The notes beneath the pieces were generated by a model, which saw only the letters and a list, made by a program, of their open reading frames with translations, had not been told where the DNA came from and ran no database searches. The position numbers were made by a program, and so were the translations under genes. Shown here in pieces: positions 12,665-24,699 of a stretch of 64,000 bases of DNA. Source of the stretch: Schmidtea nova (lineage: Eukaryota); contig CM097882.1 of assembly GCA_044892505.1 (NCBI GenBank), forward strand, positions 218,674,001 through 218,738,000, in the 5' to 3' direction. The number at the start of each line of letters is the position of its first letter. The stretch's first letter is position 1.

Positions 12665-14400
12665 TATCTACAAAATGGCAGAATTCAAAATTCAAAATGT
12701 TGTGTATATTGTTGTGCACACGTGTTTTGTCATTGAATTTGTATATTTCACCTAAATAAAATAACTTTTTGAGTTTTCATTGTAATATTGTATAGATAAA
12801 ATTTAATTGTCTACAAAATGGCTTTATTAGAAATCTGAATGTTGTCGTATTTTGTTATGCACACGTGTTTTATTTTGAATTTTCAAATTTTCAACAATAT
12901 AGAGTAACTTTATGTATTTTTTATTGTAATAAAGTTCATGTAAAATTTAATTTCCTATAAAATGGCTTGATTAGAAAATTAGTTTGTTGGTGTGTTTGTA
13001 ATGCACACGTGTTTCGTAATTAATTTTGCATTTTTCGTGTATATAAAATAACTTTATTGAGTTTTCATTGTAATATTATATGTTTAACATTTAAATGTCT
13101 TCAAAATGGCTTGATGGAAATTTAGTGGGATGGTGTGTTTTCAATACCCACATGTTTTGTACTTGAATAATCATTTTTCATCATTATAAAATAACTTTAT
13201 TGAGTTTTCATTGTAATATTGTATGTATAACATTTAATGTCTTCAAAATGGCTTTATTAAAAATACAAAATGTTGTGTATATTGTTGTGCACACATGTTT
13301 TGCCATTAAATTTGTATATTGCACTTAAATAAAATAACTTTATTGAGTTTTCATTGTAATAAAGTATAAGTAAAATTTAATTTTCTATAAAATGGCTTTA
13401 TTAGAATTCCGAAGGTTGTCGTATTTTGTGATGCACCCGTGTTTTATTTTGAATTTTCAGAATTTTACCTAAATAAAGTAATTTTTTTTGAGTTTTCATT
13501 GTAATATTGTATAGATAAAATTTAATTGTCTACAAAATGGCTTTATTAGAAATTTGAAAGTTGTCGTAATTTGCAATGCACACTTGTTTTATTTTGAATT
13601 TTCAAATTTTCAACAATATAAAGTAACTTTAGTGAGTTTTCATTGTAATAAAGTATAAGTAAAATTTAATTTCCAATAAAATGGCTTGATTAGAAAATTA
13701 GTTTGTTGGTGTGTTTGTAATACACACGTGTTTTGTAATTAATTTTGCATTTTTCATGTATATAAAATTAATTTATTGAGTTTTCATTGTAATAAAGTAT
13801 AGATGAAATTTAAATTTCTATAAAATGGCTTGATTCAAAATTTAAAAGTTGTCGTTTTTCGTATTACACACGTGTTTTGTAATTAATTTTGTAAGTTTTA
13901 GTTATTTAAAATAACTTTAGTGAGTTTTAATTGTAATTAAATATAGATAGAATTTAATTTTCTATAGAATGGCTTGATTAAAAATTTGGTTTGATGGTGT
14001 GTTTTATTACACACACATGTTTTGTACTTAAATTTCCATATTTCGTCTATATAAAGTAACTTTAATAAGTTTTCATTGTAATATTGTAGAAATAAAATAT
14101 AATTTTCTACAAAATGGCTTGATTAGAAATATGAAAGTTGTCGTTTTTCGTGTTGCAAACGTGTTTTGTAATTAAGTTTTGCATTTTTAAACTATTTAAA
14201 GTCACTTTAGTGAGTTTTCATTGTGATAAAGTATAAGTAAAATTTAATTGTCTACAAAATGGCTTTATTAGAAATTAAGTATATCGATATGTTTGTAATA
14301 CACACGTGTTTTGTAATAAAATACTTGATTTTTTCTGCTATTTAGCATAGATTTATTGAATATTTATTGTAATCATGTGTAGATATAATTTAATTTTCTA
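12665..14400. repeat. Tandem array of ~143-bp units (about 12 copies) with apparent 5-unit (~718-bp) higher-order periodicity
   Basis: Recurrent anchors aaaatggc, cacacgtgtttt and gagttttcattgtaat. Unit variants at ~12840 and ~12960 recur most closely at ~13557 and ~13679. Confidence 0.88.
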
Positions 14401-14882
14401 TCATAGACTAATGAAAATTATAAAAGTTTTGTGTGTGTTATTGGCAATTCTAATGTATTTTATCAAAATTAATTAAAATAATTTTTATAACTGACGTAAT
14501 TATTGAAATGTAATATAATTTATTTGTAATTTACTGAACTATTTAGTCTAATATATTGTAATAATATGACATGCATGCAATTCATTGAAATTTTTTATAA
14601 CTTTGATGCATATTATAAGTTGTTGAAATAACTTTTAAAGTTTTTTAAAATATTGCAACGTAATATATATTTAGTCATAATTCTCTATCATTTTCTTGAA
14701 CTTGATTTGATGATAATAATATCTTTACTGCCTCTTACTCGATTCTGATTGGCTAATAAGAATAAATTTCCTACTCCTTACTCGATTTTTATTGGTCAAA
14801 GGTTATGTGTGTGTAATAACTTTGATATATAAACAATACCTTTTCATTCATTATTCACTTTAACAAATAATAAACATTTAAA

Positions 14883-17120
14883 ATGAACATTATAACAAGT
14901 TTTATAAACGAAAACCCAAGTGGAAAAGAAAATGGTAAATTTATTTTTAATTTATTATCATTTAGTATTAATTTAGGTAATATCAATAATTCAATTGGGA
15001 AATCGATGCTAGAAAATGCGGGAGAAAATGGTACTTAATCATTAACGTAGTATATTATTTAATTTTTATTTTAAGTGATGTAAATATGACTGAACAAACT
15101 ACCGTACAAGCTGAGAATGTTAATAATGAGAATATTATGAATAATGGAGTTATACCTGATGTGGTATTGAATGTTCAATGTAAGTATTGATTAATTTTAA
15201 TTAATTTAATTATATTTTAATCAATTTAGTAAATAACTTTAGTAAAATATTTGTAAATATATATTTTTGGTAATATTTTGTAATAATTCAAATAATCTTT
15301 ACTTTACGTAAACAGTTAATTTAAACAAATTCCTTTAATATTATTTTTAATAAGTTTTATATTAAATTTAAATTATTTTAGTAATTATTATATTTAAATC
15401 ATATTTATCTAAAATTTCATTTATATTTTCTAATAATTCATATTTTTATTAATTTATTTTAATGATTTTTTGATAAATTTAAAGATATTTCATATTAAGG
15501 TAAATTTTATGCGAATTATTGTAAGTCGTCAAATAATAACGACTGCCACAAGTTAATGGAGCGATACTATCGTCTTATAAGTAACCAATTCACCTTCTAT
15601 TTATGTCCCACATGTAAGAGCGCCCAATATATAAATTACATTGATTTTTATTTCCAACATTATCTCCATTTAAATCAATTCTCATGTACTAAGAAAAGTC
15701 TTTTCACATTAATTAATTAAAGTAAACGACGAAATGTTACTGTTTGTCCTAAACCATCTAAAATAATTGTAATATCCGATGATGAAGATGTCCATTCATC
15801 AAATGACGATGTTTTAGTTAATCCTAATTTACATGTTGTCCAATATGGTGGTTCTGTTGAACCTTTGGTTAAATATAATTTGAAAAAATCTCATGCGATT
15901 GTAAAAATGGATGTGAATTCTTTAAATTTAAATAAATTTATTATTCCTTCACCTTTATTAAATAAATTTAATTCAGTTATTTCCAAAATGGGGTATGTAA
16001 AAGTACAATTTTGCATTGATGTAGAATTTGAAAAAAATGACAAATTTCAATCTTTTATAATATCAAATTCTGCAAAACCAATGAGTGATACCTTTTTAGA
16101 TGAAGGCATTGCTATATTAAGTGAAAAAAATACTAAAGTCTGCGAAAATGGCAGCAACTGGTCAATTAATAAAATTAAAGAAATAAGCTTTACACTTACA
16201 AAATATTCGCAAATAAGTAGATTGAACGGTAAAGGTTCTTGTTCAACTCCACCATCATTAAATGCAAAACATTGCACTGTCAATGTAAAGAATACCGATA
16301 AATTGTGTTTTATATATAGTATTTTGGCAATTTTAAAATACAAGGATGTGAAATCTAATAGAAGTAAGTCTTATAATTATAATATTTCAGACCTGGTTTT
16401 TGATCCTTCTGATTTTCCATTGAAATTATGTAATATACCCAAATTTGAAGCGAAAAACCCTGGACTGGCTATTAATGTCCTTTCATATGACGAGTATGAT
16501 CTAGATAATATTAATGAAGAGGAGGAAGTCATGATACATCCATTCGTAGATATTATTCATAGGTCAAAGGTTGTAGGTGGCACTCCAATTAATTTGATTT
16601 TGTTAGAAGAAAGTGACTCTTTTCATTATATAGCAGTTACCAATCTCAATAGACTTTTGAACTATGAAACTCTTTCTGTTACAAATGTTAGGATAAGATG
16701 CACTTGGTGCGAGCGTTGCTTGAATGGTTTTAGATTGTCTGAAGCTTTCGAGAAACAGCAGGCTTTATGCACAAAAAATCAGTTAGGTACAACTTTGTAC
16801 TCTTTGCCTTCAGATAAGAACTTGGAATTTAAAGATTGGTCAAAAATTGTTACCCCTCCTTTTGTTGTATATGCCGATTTTGAGGCTGTTTTACCCAAGG
16901 ACGATAAGTATTTTCAACGTCACTTACCTATTTCTGCTGGCTTGTTGCTTATTAATACCTTTACTGGCGAAAAATCATATAAAAGCTTTTATGGTCTTAA
17001 CTGTGTAGAAGAGTTTTTGACCGAGATCAATGATATAGGAGAAAAAGTAGTTTTACCTTACTTTATAAATAATTCCAAAAAGAAAATGGAATATCTTTCC
17101 ACTGCACAAATAAGATCATT
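14883..17120 (+). pseudogene. 5' half of a second pPolB copy with putative spliced leader exons
   Basis: ORF 15865-17169 is nearly identical to 11290-12236 (inverted) and extends further N-terminally. The frame continues upstream to 15500 through one TAA (15718). Putative exons 14883-14934, 14977-15030, 15076-15179 have GT-AG introns of 42, 45 and 320 bp. Truncated at about 17120. Confidence 0.85.
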
Positions 17121-17140
17121 TATAATAGACAATATAAATA

Positions 17141-18033
17141 TGTTGGGGGAAAATCGATATTGTAATTGAGATAGCATTCTGGAGTTCGGAGAAGAAAAAC
17201 GAAAAGCAAAAAAGTGGGAAATGAGGAAGGAATAACAAAAGAAAAGAAACTCAACAACAAAGAGGAGAAAGGTCACTTATAATTAATAAGTGCAAGAAAA
17301 TAGAAAGAAATTCTGAAATTGGAAAACAAAAACAAAACACGAAGACAAACTGGTATCTTGACAGCTGTCAAAGATAACATGGGAGCTATAAAAAGTATAG
17401 GAAATGCTAAAAGCAGAAATGAAAAAAAAACAAATTATCCCGAATGCCGAACTGCCAGGGGCAACATGGGAGTTTAAAAAAGAAAATGGAAAAGGCCAGA
17501 GACAGAAGTGGGAAAGGCGAAGTGTCATGAGTGGCGAACTATAAAAGCAAAAGCCATCTTAACTAAATCAGAAATCAAGTGTGTTAAATTTGGATTGAGA
17601 AATTGCGCGATAATTGAAAAACGGTAGAAGATTTAAATTGTATTGTAGAGAACCGAGATCGAGATAAATTAATTGAACGGTGTAAAAAAATTTGGATTGA
17701 ATAAAAGAATAAGAGTATAGTTGATTAAGTCTAGTCAAAGTACAAGGGCAATCGAAGCAATTACCCAATTGTTGAGTCAATCAGCGGCGAGTGATTATTA
17801 AAGTACTTGGTTGTTATACACGTGGAGCTATTCCTGACGAAGTGTTGCAATAAACTCCGTATAATTGCCTACTTGAGTGTTGAATCAATCGTTTTGTTAT
17901 AATTCGTGTAATTAACTGTGATAATCAATAATGGTTTATATATTCTAAGAATTGTTATTTTGTGGATCAAATAAAGCACACTTTGGAGTCAGAGATTTGA
18001 TTGGTAACTTTTACATTTCACCAACAACCCAAT
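17141..18033 (+). mobile_element. Solo LTR-like element just downstream of the truncated pPolB copy
   Basis: Starts TGTTGGGGG, ends CACCAACAACCCAATA. Homologous to 6957-7743. Confidence 0.6.
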
Positions 18034-18199
18034 AATCCAACATTGTTCTATATTTTTTGACAATTAATTTATTTTCTACTTTTCAGGTATTTTCAACTAC
18101 CTCCATGCTCCTCGGTGATTTTTCGAGTAATTTACTATTAATAAATTTTATTTAAATTTGTTCTTATTAACTTTGTTTTATTTTTCAGGTTCTCTACTG

Positions 18200-21100
18200 A
18201 TTATTGGGGGGATATATTTTTATTTCTTATTTTTATAAATTTGTTATTTTTAATTTATTTATCTTTTAGGCTCCATTTAGTTGGCCTAACAGGAATGACC
18301 TTTCTTTGTTATTTATTCTATTTCATTTGTTTCGCTGCAATCTTCTCGTTTTTAAGTTTTGTTTTTCAAACTTCTTTTTTTCGTATTTCTAAACGTCACA
18401 TCATTTATCCTGTTCATTTTCCCAAATCATTTTATTTATTTGTACCAATATTTAATTTATTATTTAAGTATTCTCAACATATCTCCTCCCCTTTAAACAA
18501 ATTCGTCCTCGAATTAAGTATTTTAGTTATGTTCAGTCGATATTTACCAAATTTATTTTCCTAATAACTATTTTAAAATTATTATATGTAATTTAATAAT
18601 ATTGGTTATAATAATGATATGCTATAATAATAATAATTTATAAAATTGACAATAACTTTTGATCAATAACAATCCCAATATTAATACCAGCAATAATATG
18701 AAATACACACTTGATAAAGGCTGGGCCGAAATATTGTGCACATGTTTAAAAAAATTTGATCAATAGCCATACCATTATGAGAATTATTGATATTAATAAT
18801 AATATTAATGATAAATAATAATTATCATTAACGAAATAATAATAACGATATTTATGGCACTTATAATAATAATACTAATTGTAGTGCTTTAGATTATAAA
18901 TTTCTTTTTTTAAAATAATTAATTTGTTAAATAATTATCGAATGAGATTTTAAATGGCGTTGCTTTAATAAGCACTTTTATTCGAAATTTCAACATTTAT
19001 TTCTCTCTCAATCGAAAAGAAACCAGAAACAATAGTTTCTTTAACAGGATTCTCATTAGGTCAAACATCATCAACTATATACACCAGTGAATCAAAATTG
19101 GCTTTTCGAAATGCCGTTTCAACTAGTTCTACTGCGAAGATAATTTACTCCCACGTAAATACACCATCTACAAATACTGTTTCTGAAACATCGACAAAAC
19201 CGTTCATATCTGGAATCCCGTCAAACTCAACGACAGTCCTACCAACAACTGGATTGCATATTTCGTCGAGAGAATCATCAAGCAATTTGCTAATTAATTA
19301 ATATTATGAATTCGATTAATTAGTTTATTGTATGTTCCTACACTAATAATACTGCATGATAATTTATTAATTATTTTCTATCGCTCTATATTATAAGATT
19401 TAACTAACTTAAATATTCAGGAACATGTATATTTTCTAGCATTTCCCTTAAATATTAATCAATTTTACAAAGTTTACTTATTATTTTCAGAGAAATTTAA
19501 TACAAATTAGTAAGAAATATTGACAATATCTGTATTTATTAACCAATAATTTATTAATCAATGATTTTGGGTACTTCATGATAATAGAAAATGGGTTAAG
19601 TTATTGTAAAATAGGTTAAATGATTGAAAAATGATAAAACTAAGATCATTATTTGCCCTGTACATTCAATTATAGAAATCTTTACAAGTGCAAAAACCAT
19701 TAATTTACAATTGATTCAAAGAATTACTTAATGGCTTTGTTTAAAATGTCAAAATAGTTGTAGTTTAATAGAACTTTACATATTGAATCTTAGTTTTTTA
19801 GAGTCCATTTCTTTAATATGCAAAAACAAAGTGGGTTCTTATACCAAAAGTCATGCTATGGTTCTAAATAAAAATTTAAAATACCACGTAAAATATTCAT
19901 AAAGTACCATAACGTAATATTTTTCTTCGAATACATCAAATAAAAGGTTGTTTCACCCGTACTCTCTTTCACTGCATTTCTAAAAGCAGATAAATATGGT
20001 TTAATAAATAAATCCCAATCTTTTGTTTTCGATTTACATATGATGAAATAATGTTGATCAGTGTACCATTGATTCTTTCCACTAAACCATTCTTCTGAGG
20101 ATAGTATGGAGATGTATTCAGTTTATAAGTACCAAATGATTCTGTGATAGATTTAATTAAATCACTTTGAAAATTTGTCCCTTGGTCTGTTAATTATTTC
20201 TTTGGAACTCCTTATCTGAATATAATCTTTTTGACAAATATTTGTGCAATTTTTTCTCCCTTTTGATTTGGTATAGCATATGCTTCTGGCCATTTTGTGA
20301 CATAATGACAGAATACAACAATTACCATTTACTGTCTCGGGTAAAAACCTGATAATATATATAGCTGAAAATTCCATTGGCGTCGCTGGTATTGACATTG
20401 GATTAAAAGGAACCTTGATTTTCTTTCCAGTATTCCTTCGAGTTAAATATATTTTGCAAGTATTGCACCAGTGCTTTACATCTTGATCCATTGTATTCCA
20501 GAAATACTTTAATTCTAATCGTGACATTGTTTTTTGCTGACAAATGTCCTCCTAAAGCATCATCATGATACTGCAACAAAAGTATTTCGATGTTTAGTCG
20601 GAACCACTATTAGCAATTCATCATTTTTAATATACTTTAAAATACCTTTGTGAATTACATATTAATGCTTTTCCTCGATTAATTGTTTTAATTCACTGTT
20701 CGTTTTCATTATTACGGTATGATTATTATTATTTGTTTTAGCTCATCATCCATTTCTTGATCTCGTTGTAGCTCTGACATATTATTATACACTGCTTTAA
20801 CTATTGAAAATATTGTATTTCTCAAGTTTATTTCTTCTTGGCTCGTATTGCTTTCCTCATTTTAAATCCTTGACAAGGCATTTGCATTTGATTTTCCTTT
20901 TCGATATTTAATTTCAAAATCATATACTTGTAAGGGGTTCGATCACCTAATCAATTTACTTGCTGTATCTCAATGTTTAATCAACCCTTGTAACGGATTA
21001 CGGTTCATGTAAACAATAAATTTTCGACCCACTAAATATGGTCGAAATGTTGTTATTCTATACACCAAAGCTAGTTTCCTTTTCAATTGGTGAATAATTT

Positions 21101-21250
21101 TTCTCAAGCAGTTTTAATGATCGGCTGGCAGATGCGATTACATTATCTTTTTTCCTTCAATCATTTGTCCCAATACAGCTCCCAAAATAGGAAAAATTTA
21201 CATAGTTTTAGTTTTGAGTCACGGCCTTTAGAGGAAAGTGTAAAATAAAA
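18200..21250 (-). mobile_element. Degenerate Gypsy retroelement remnant (RNase H, integrase, PPT, start of 3' LTR)
   Basis: RNase H-like RPYLVGRKFIVY...YDFEIKYRKGKSNANALSR (~20850-21100). Integrase zinc finger KYFWNTMDQDVKHWCNTC (ORF 20162-20527). PPT aaaggggaggagata followed by TGTTG at 18479, and the same junction sequence occurs at 29811. Confidence 0.75.
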
Positions 21251-21899
21251 AGGAAAATCCGCAATTAAACGAATAATATTACCAGCTCTAATTTGGCGAA
21301 ATTTCTCTTTCCAATAATTAGGTACCCACACACGACTTCAAACTAAATAACAGAAATAAAATTGGATAATTTAAGTTGAAAAATTTTATACTTACTGAAA
21401 TGAAAATTGGCTGCAGCTTATTGTGGGGAATCTCTTTTCTAAAAATAATTATATAAATCAATATTCTATTATATAACAAATATTATCATGTTAAAATTTG
21501 ACCAATCAGATTTGGATACTGAAATTTATTAAACTCATACATAAAAATACTATATAGTATAATTAGACATAAATTCCTCATATTCCTAATATGATATTTA
21601 AAATTAAAATTTTGTATGTTTAAATAATAAGAAAAACTGGAGGGCATAAAACTTATAAGTTTTATATAATAGCCGTGGCCTGTAACTAAGGCCTCGACAA
21701 GAATTTAAAACCCGAAAATTTTCTTAAAATTAAATCTTCATATAAATTCAACTAAGATTGCACTTAAGATAATGAGTAAAATTTTTTTGGATAATTTTCA
21801 TTTAAAACCTATAAGCGCTTTAGTCGCATAACTGTTTTGATTCGATTTGAGGACAAAATCTGATAAAAATGGTATGACTGTCGAAAATATTTAAGTTTT

Positions 21900-22475
21900 A
21901 TGAATGTAAAATGGACGGAATGTATGGATAGGTGCGATTTAAATTTTTTTGCTGTTACAGAAAATAAAAGCCAAAATCGAAGAGATATTGAAGCGAACTA
22001 TGGAGAATGCGCGAAGCAATTGGCGGTTCGACGTCAGGCTCGCCGACATGGAAGAAAAGCAGAAAGTCGCAGGGATCGCCATGCACATATGACAATCCGC
22101 ATGGAGAAATTTCGGTCCCACTGTCGATCAGTGGAAGCGACCTGGACCAAAAGAGAAGGTATAGACAAACTAAAAAGACAAATCCAGATCCTACAACAGC
22201 AGTCTGCTGAAGACGCCAATCAACTACAGGTATTCAAAATGCTGGTGAAAGAAAATGACACAATAATAACAAAAATGCAGACGGAAAATGACATTATTTC
22301 AGCCGTACTGCCCAAAGAGACTCTTTCCGAATTCAAGTTGTTCTCCCTCCGAGCCGAAGACAAACTGCCTATCGTCCAAAATACTGAGAGGCCGAAACGA
22401 TGGAAGCCAAGTAAAGGCGTTCGAGCACGCCACAAAAGAAGACAAGAAGCCCCGCACACTGGGGCAAATATGTAA
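21900..22475 (+). CDS. Uncharacterised ORF, homologous to the repeated multi-ORF element at 24700-26380 and 52655-54800
   Basis: ATWTKREGIDKLK and MQTENDIISAVLP align with TTWFHPERVKDIQ / ETQTEEILTPI and RTWFSPERTKKIL / ETQTETMVSSV. Basic C-terminus. Confidence 0.5.
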   Translation: MNVKWTECMDRCDLNFFAVTENKSQNRRDIEANYGECAKQLAVRRQARRHGRKAESRRDRHAHMTIRMEKFRSHCRSVEATWTKREGIDKLKRQIQILQQQSAEDANQLQVFKMLVKENDTIITKMQTENDIISAVLPKETLSEFKLFSLRAEDKLPIVQNTERPKRWKPSKGVRARHKRRQEAPHTGANM

Positions 22476-22789
22476 GACGTGCATCGAATCGATCGATCTT
22501 AATGTACTCTGACTTAAAAATAACAATTTGTGATAAAATGGGGTGAATTTTTGTGTTTTCTATACATTATTCATTGTACTACTCGGTTTGCACCAAATGC
22601 ATTGTGAATTATAATTTCTCTGCATATAAATTGATTTTCTTTATTATTAATTATTGTAATAGAAGTAATTAACAGTAAATATATGAATTTTACTAAATTG
22701 GAGTCGTAGAACTCCAATAAAGATTTTCAACTAACTTTAATGGAAGAAAATAATATAATAAATTATATTAAGGGACTTAAAATGGGTGC

Positions 22790-23010
22790 TAAACCTTCTA
22801 TCGGTAGCCCTTGAACCCATTTTGATGTTCGGTCAATCAAAATTTTGAATTTTTGACGCTCACTGTTTGCGAAAATCCACCCTTTTGTTGCATTACCAAC
22901 GTTACATTGTGACGGGAAATAAGATGATTAAGCTTATGTTTTATGTGTTGAGTTGTTGATAGGAGCCACAGTAACGTCAATGTCATATTGAAGGTCAACA
23001 ACCCACCAAT
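22790..23010. repeat. Dispersed repeat; copies at 28262-28476 (direct) and 6900-6955 (inverted, partial)
   Basis: Shared aaccttctatcggt...gaacccattt.gatgttcggtca...atgttttatgtgtt.agttgttgat...gtcaacaacc. Confidence 0.75.
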
Positions 23011-23066
23011 TTTAATTTTGGAAGAATCGAAAATTTGTTCTGGAACAATTTGTTTAAATGCAATAA

Positions 23067-23215
23067 NNNNNNNNNNNNNNNNNNNNNNNNNNNNNNNNNN
23101 NNNNNNNNNNNNNNNNNNNNNNNNNNNNNNNNNNNNNNNNNNNNNNNNNNNNNNNNNNNNNNNNNNNNNNNNNNNNNNNNNNNNNNNNNNNNNNNNNNNN
23201 NNNNNNNNNNNNNNN
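23067..23215. other. Assembly gap (N run)
   Basis: Run of N. Confidence 1.
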
Positions 23216-23620
23216 AAAAGCAGAATTTGTGACTACCGACCGGGTACAACCTTTTACGACGAAACCCTCGAGAAAGATTTGTTTGAAAATCATTTTTTTA
23301 CCAATTCTCGAAGAACCAATATCCAAATTTTCAAACCAGCTTAAGAGCGGAATCAGTGACTTCAAAAACTCGACAGTCCAGTTAAATCACAAAACTCTTG
23401 TCAGGACTCGCAACCAAATCCGGTCTTACGAAATTTCGCGAAGGCCACCGTATCTGTCAAAGCCTTATCGATTAAGATAACGTAAACAATGTTTTCTAGT
23501 TCGGTATGGGACATTCAGGATCATGCCCCCATATTGTCCCATACCAGGTATCTTTATTCTTATATTTTATGTTTATTTATGATTCATTATTTTATTAATT
23601 TTGTCATTCCAGCAGTCGAA

Positions 23621-23715
23621 AGTACTTTAACAAATGCTGATGATAAAAGAAATTGAATTGAAAAGAATAAAAGCCATGGATATGAGTACTATGGTGACGA
23701 AAGAAAAATGGAATA
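23621..23715 (+). pseudogene. C-terminal fragment of a third, diverged pPolB
   Basis: STLTNADDKRN*IEKNKSHGYEYYG aligns with IALTNADDKRKWVAKNKSLAYGHYMG at the end of ORF 8618-9739. Confidence 0.7.
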
Positions 23716-23876
23716 AATTTACGAAGATAAATTATGTTAAAATTTGTTTTGTTTAATAAATTTTATCATAAATGTTTTAGTCATTTATAATGTTTTAATG
23801 AAATTTTATATTATGTTTAGTAATCGAATACTCAAGATTATTGTCAATAACTATTTTGTGTTTGTTTACTTATTAG

Positions 23877-24420
23877 TGTTGGGCTAGCCAAATTGCGGAA
23901 AAACCCTGAATAAGAACAAACAAAAATAAAAACATCACAAAAATAATAATAAAATTACCAATAACTCAACGGTATTCAGCAATCCGAATCATTGAGATCT
24001 GAACAATTATAATAACAATAGATGAATAATAAATCACCAGAAAACCTACCCAAGCAAGACGCATGAATCAAAGCGAGTTATCACAAAATGACAGTGCGTA
24101 GGTGTGACGCTTGTCCAATACGAGAAAAATCTAAAATAAATAAATCAAAATGAATCCAATCACAAAACATTAAAAGAAAATACCTGCATAAACAAGCAGA
24201 AAAACAACGCGGTTAAAATAAACACCAAGCGTTTAGGAGATGATAGGACGATTCTGATTGGTTGATGACCAACCAAAAACTACTATATAAGTAGTGACCA
24301 GTTTCTGATCGATATATGTCATTTTTACTAGTGAACTGTCATATTACTAGTGAATTGTAAATCAGAACATTTTGTATTGGTGAAATTGAACAGGAATAAA
24401 AGGTATTTAATCGTGTAGTT
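23877..24420 (+). mobile_element. Possible solo LTR (TGTTGGG start)
   Basis: Starts TGTTGGGCT like the other LTRs. Internal ctgattggttg (CCAAT-like), ctactatataag (TATA-like) and aataaa. The right boundary is uncertain. Confidence 0.35.
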
Positions 24421-24699
24421 TGTTTTATTTTAAACCCCCATGATTATAAAATGAATAAGATGTCCCGAAGGTTGTTAGATCTGCTGGGATTTTGGGCCTC
24501 TCAGTGCAACACCTTCGGGTGAGGGCTGATGCAGCGAGTAGATTAGATAAATAAATACCGGAAGGGTGCACATGAAGGACGAGACGAAATAAAATATGTG
24601 ATGAAAGTGCCAACAGTAAAGGGTTACATGGGACACCACAGTAAATGGTACAACAGCTAGTTATAAAAATAGAGACATTTACGAATCATAGAGGAGAAG

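Noticed and set aside
12665-14400. Regular repeats as a CRISPR array
   Set aside because: Units are contiguous diverged tandem copies without unique spacers; eukaryotic context and no cas genes.
6957-18033. One giant element bounded by the inverted LTR-like copies at 6957 and 17141
   Set aside because: The two copies are clearly diverged and have their own TG...CA-type termini; independent solo LTR insertions are simpler.
19000-19301. Ser/Thr-rich frame as an exon of a mucin-like host gene
   Set aside because: No convincing flanking exons or start codon could be linked; it lies among Gypsy remnants.
22988-23365. ORFs spanning the N gap (also 29929-30327)
   Set aside because: They are open only because N codons are not stops.
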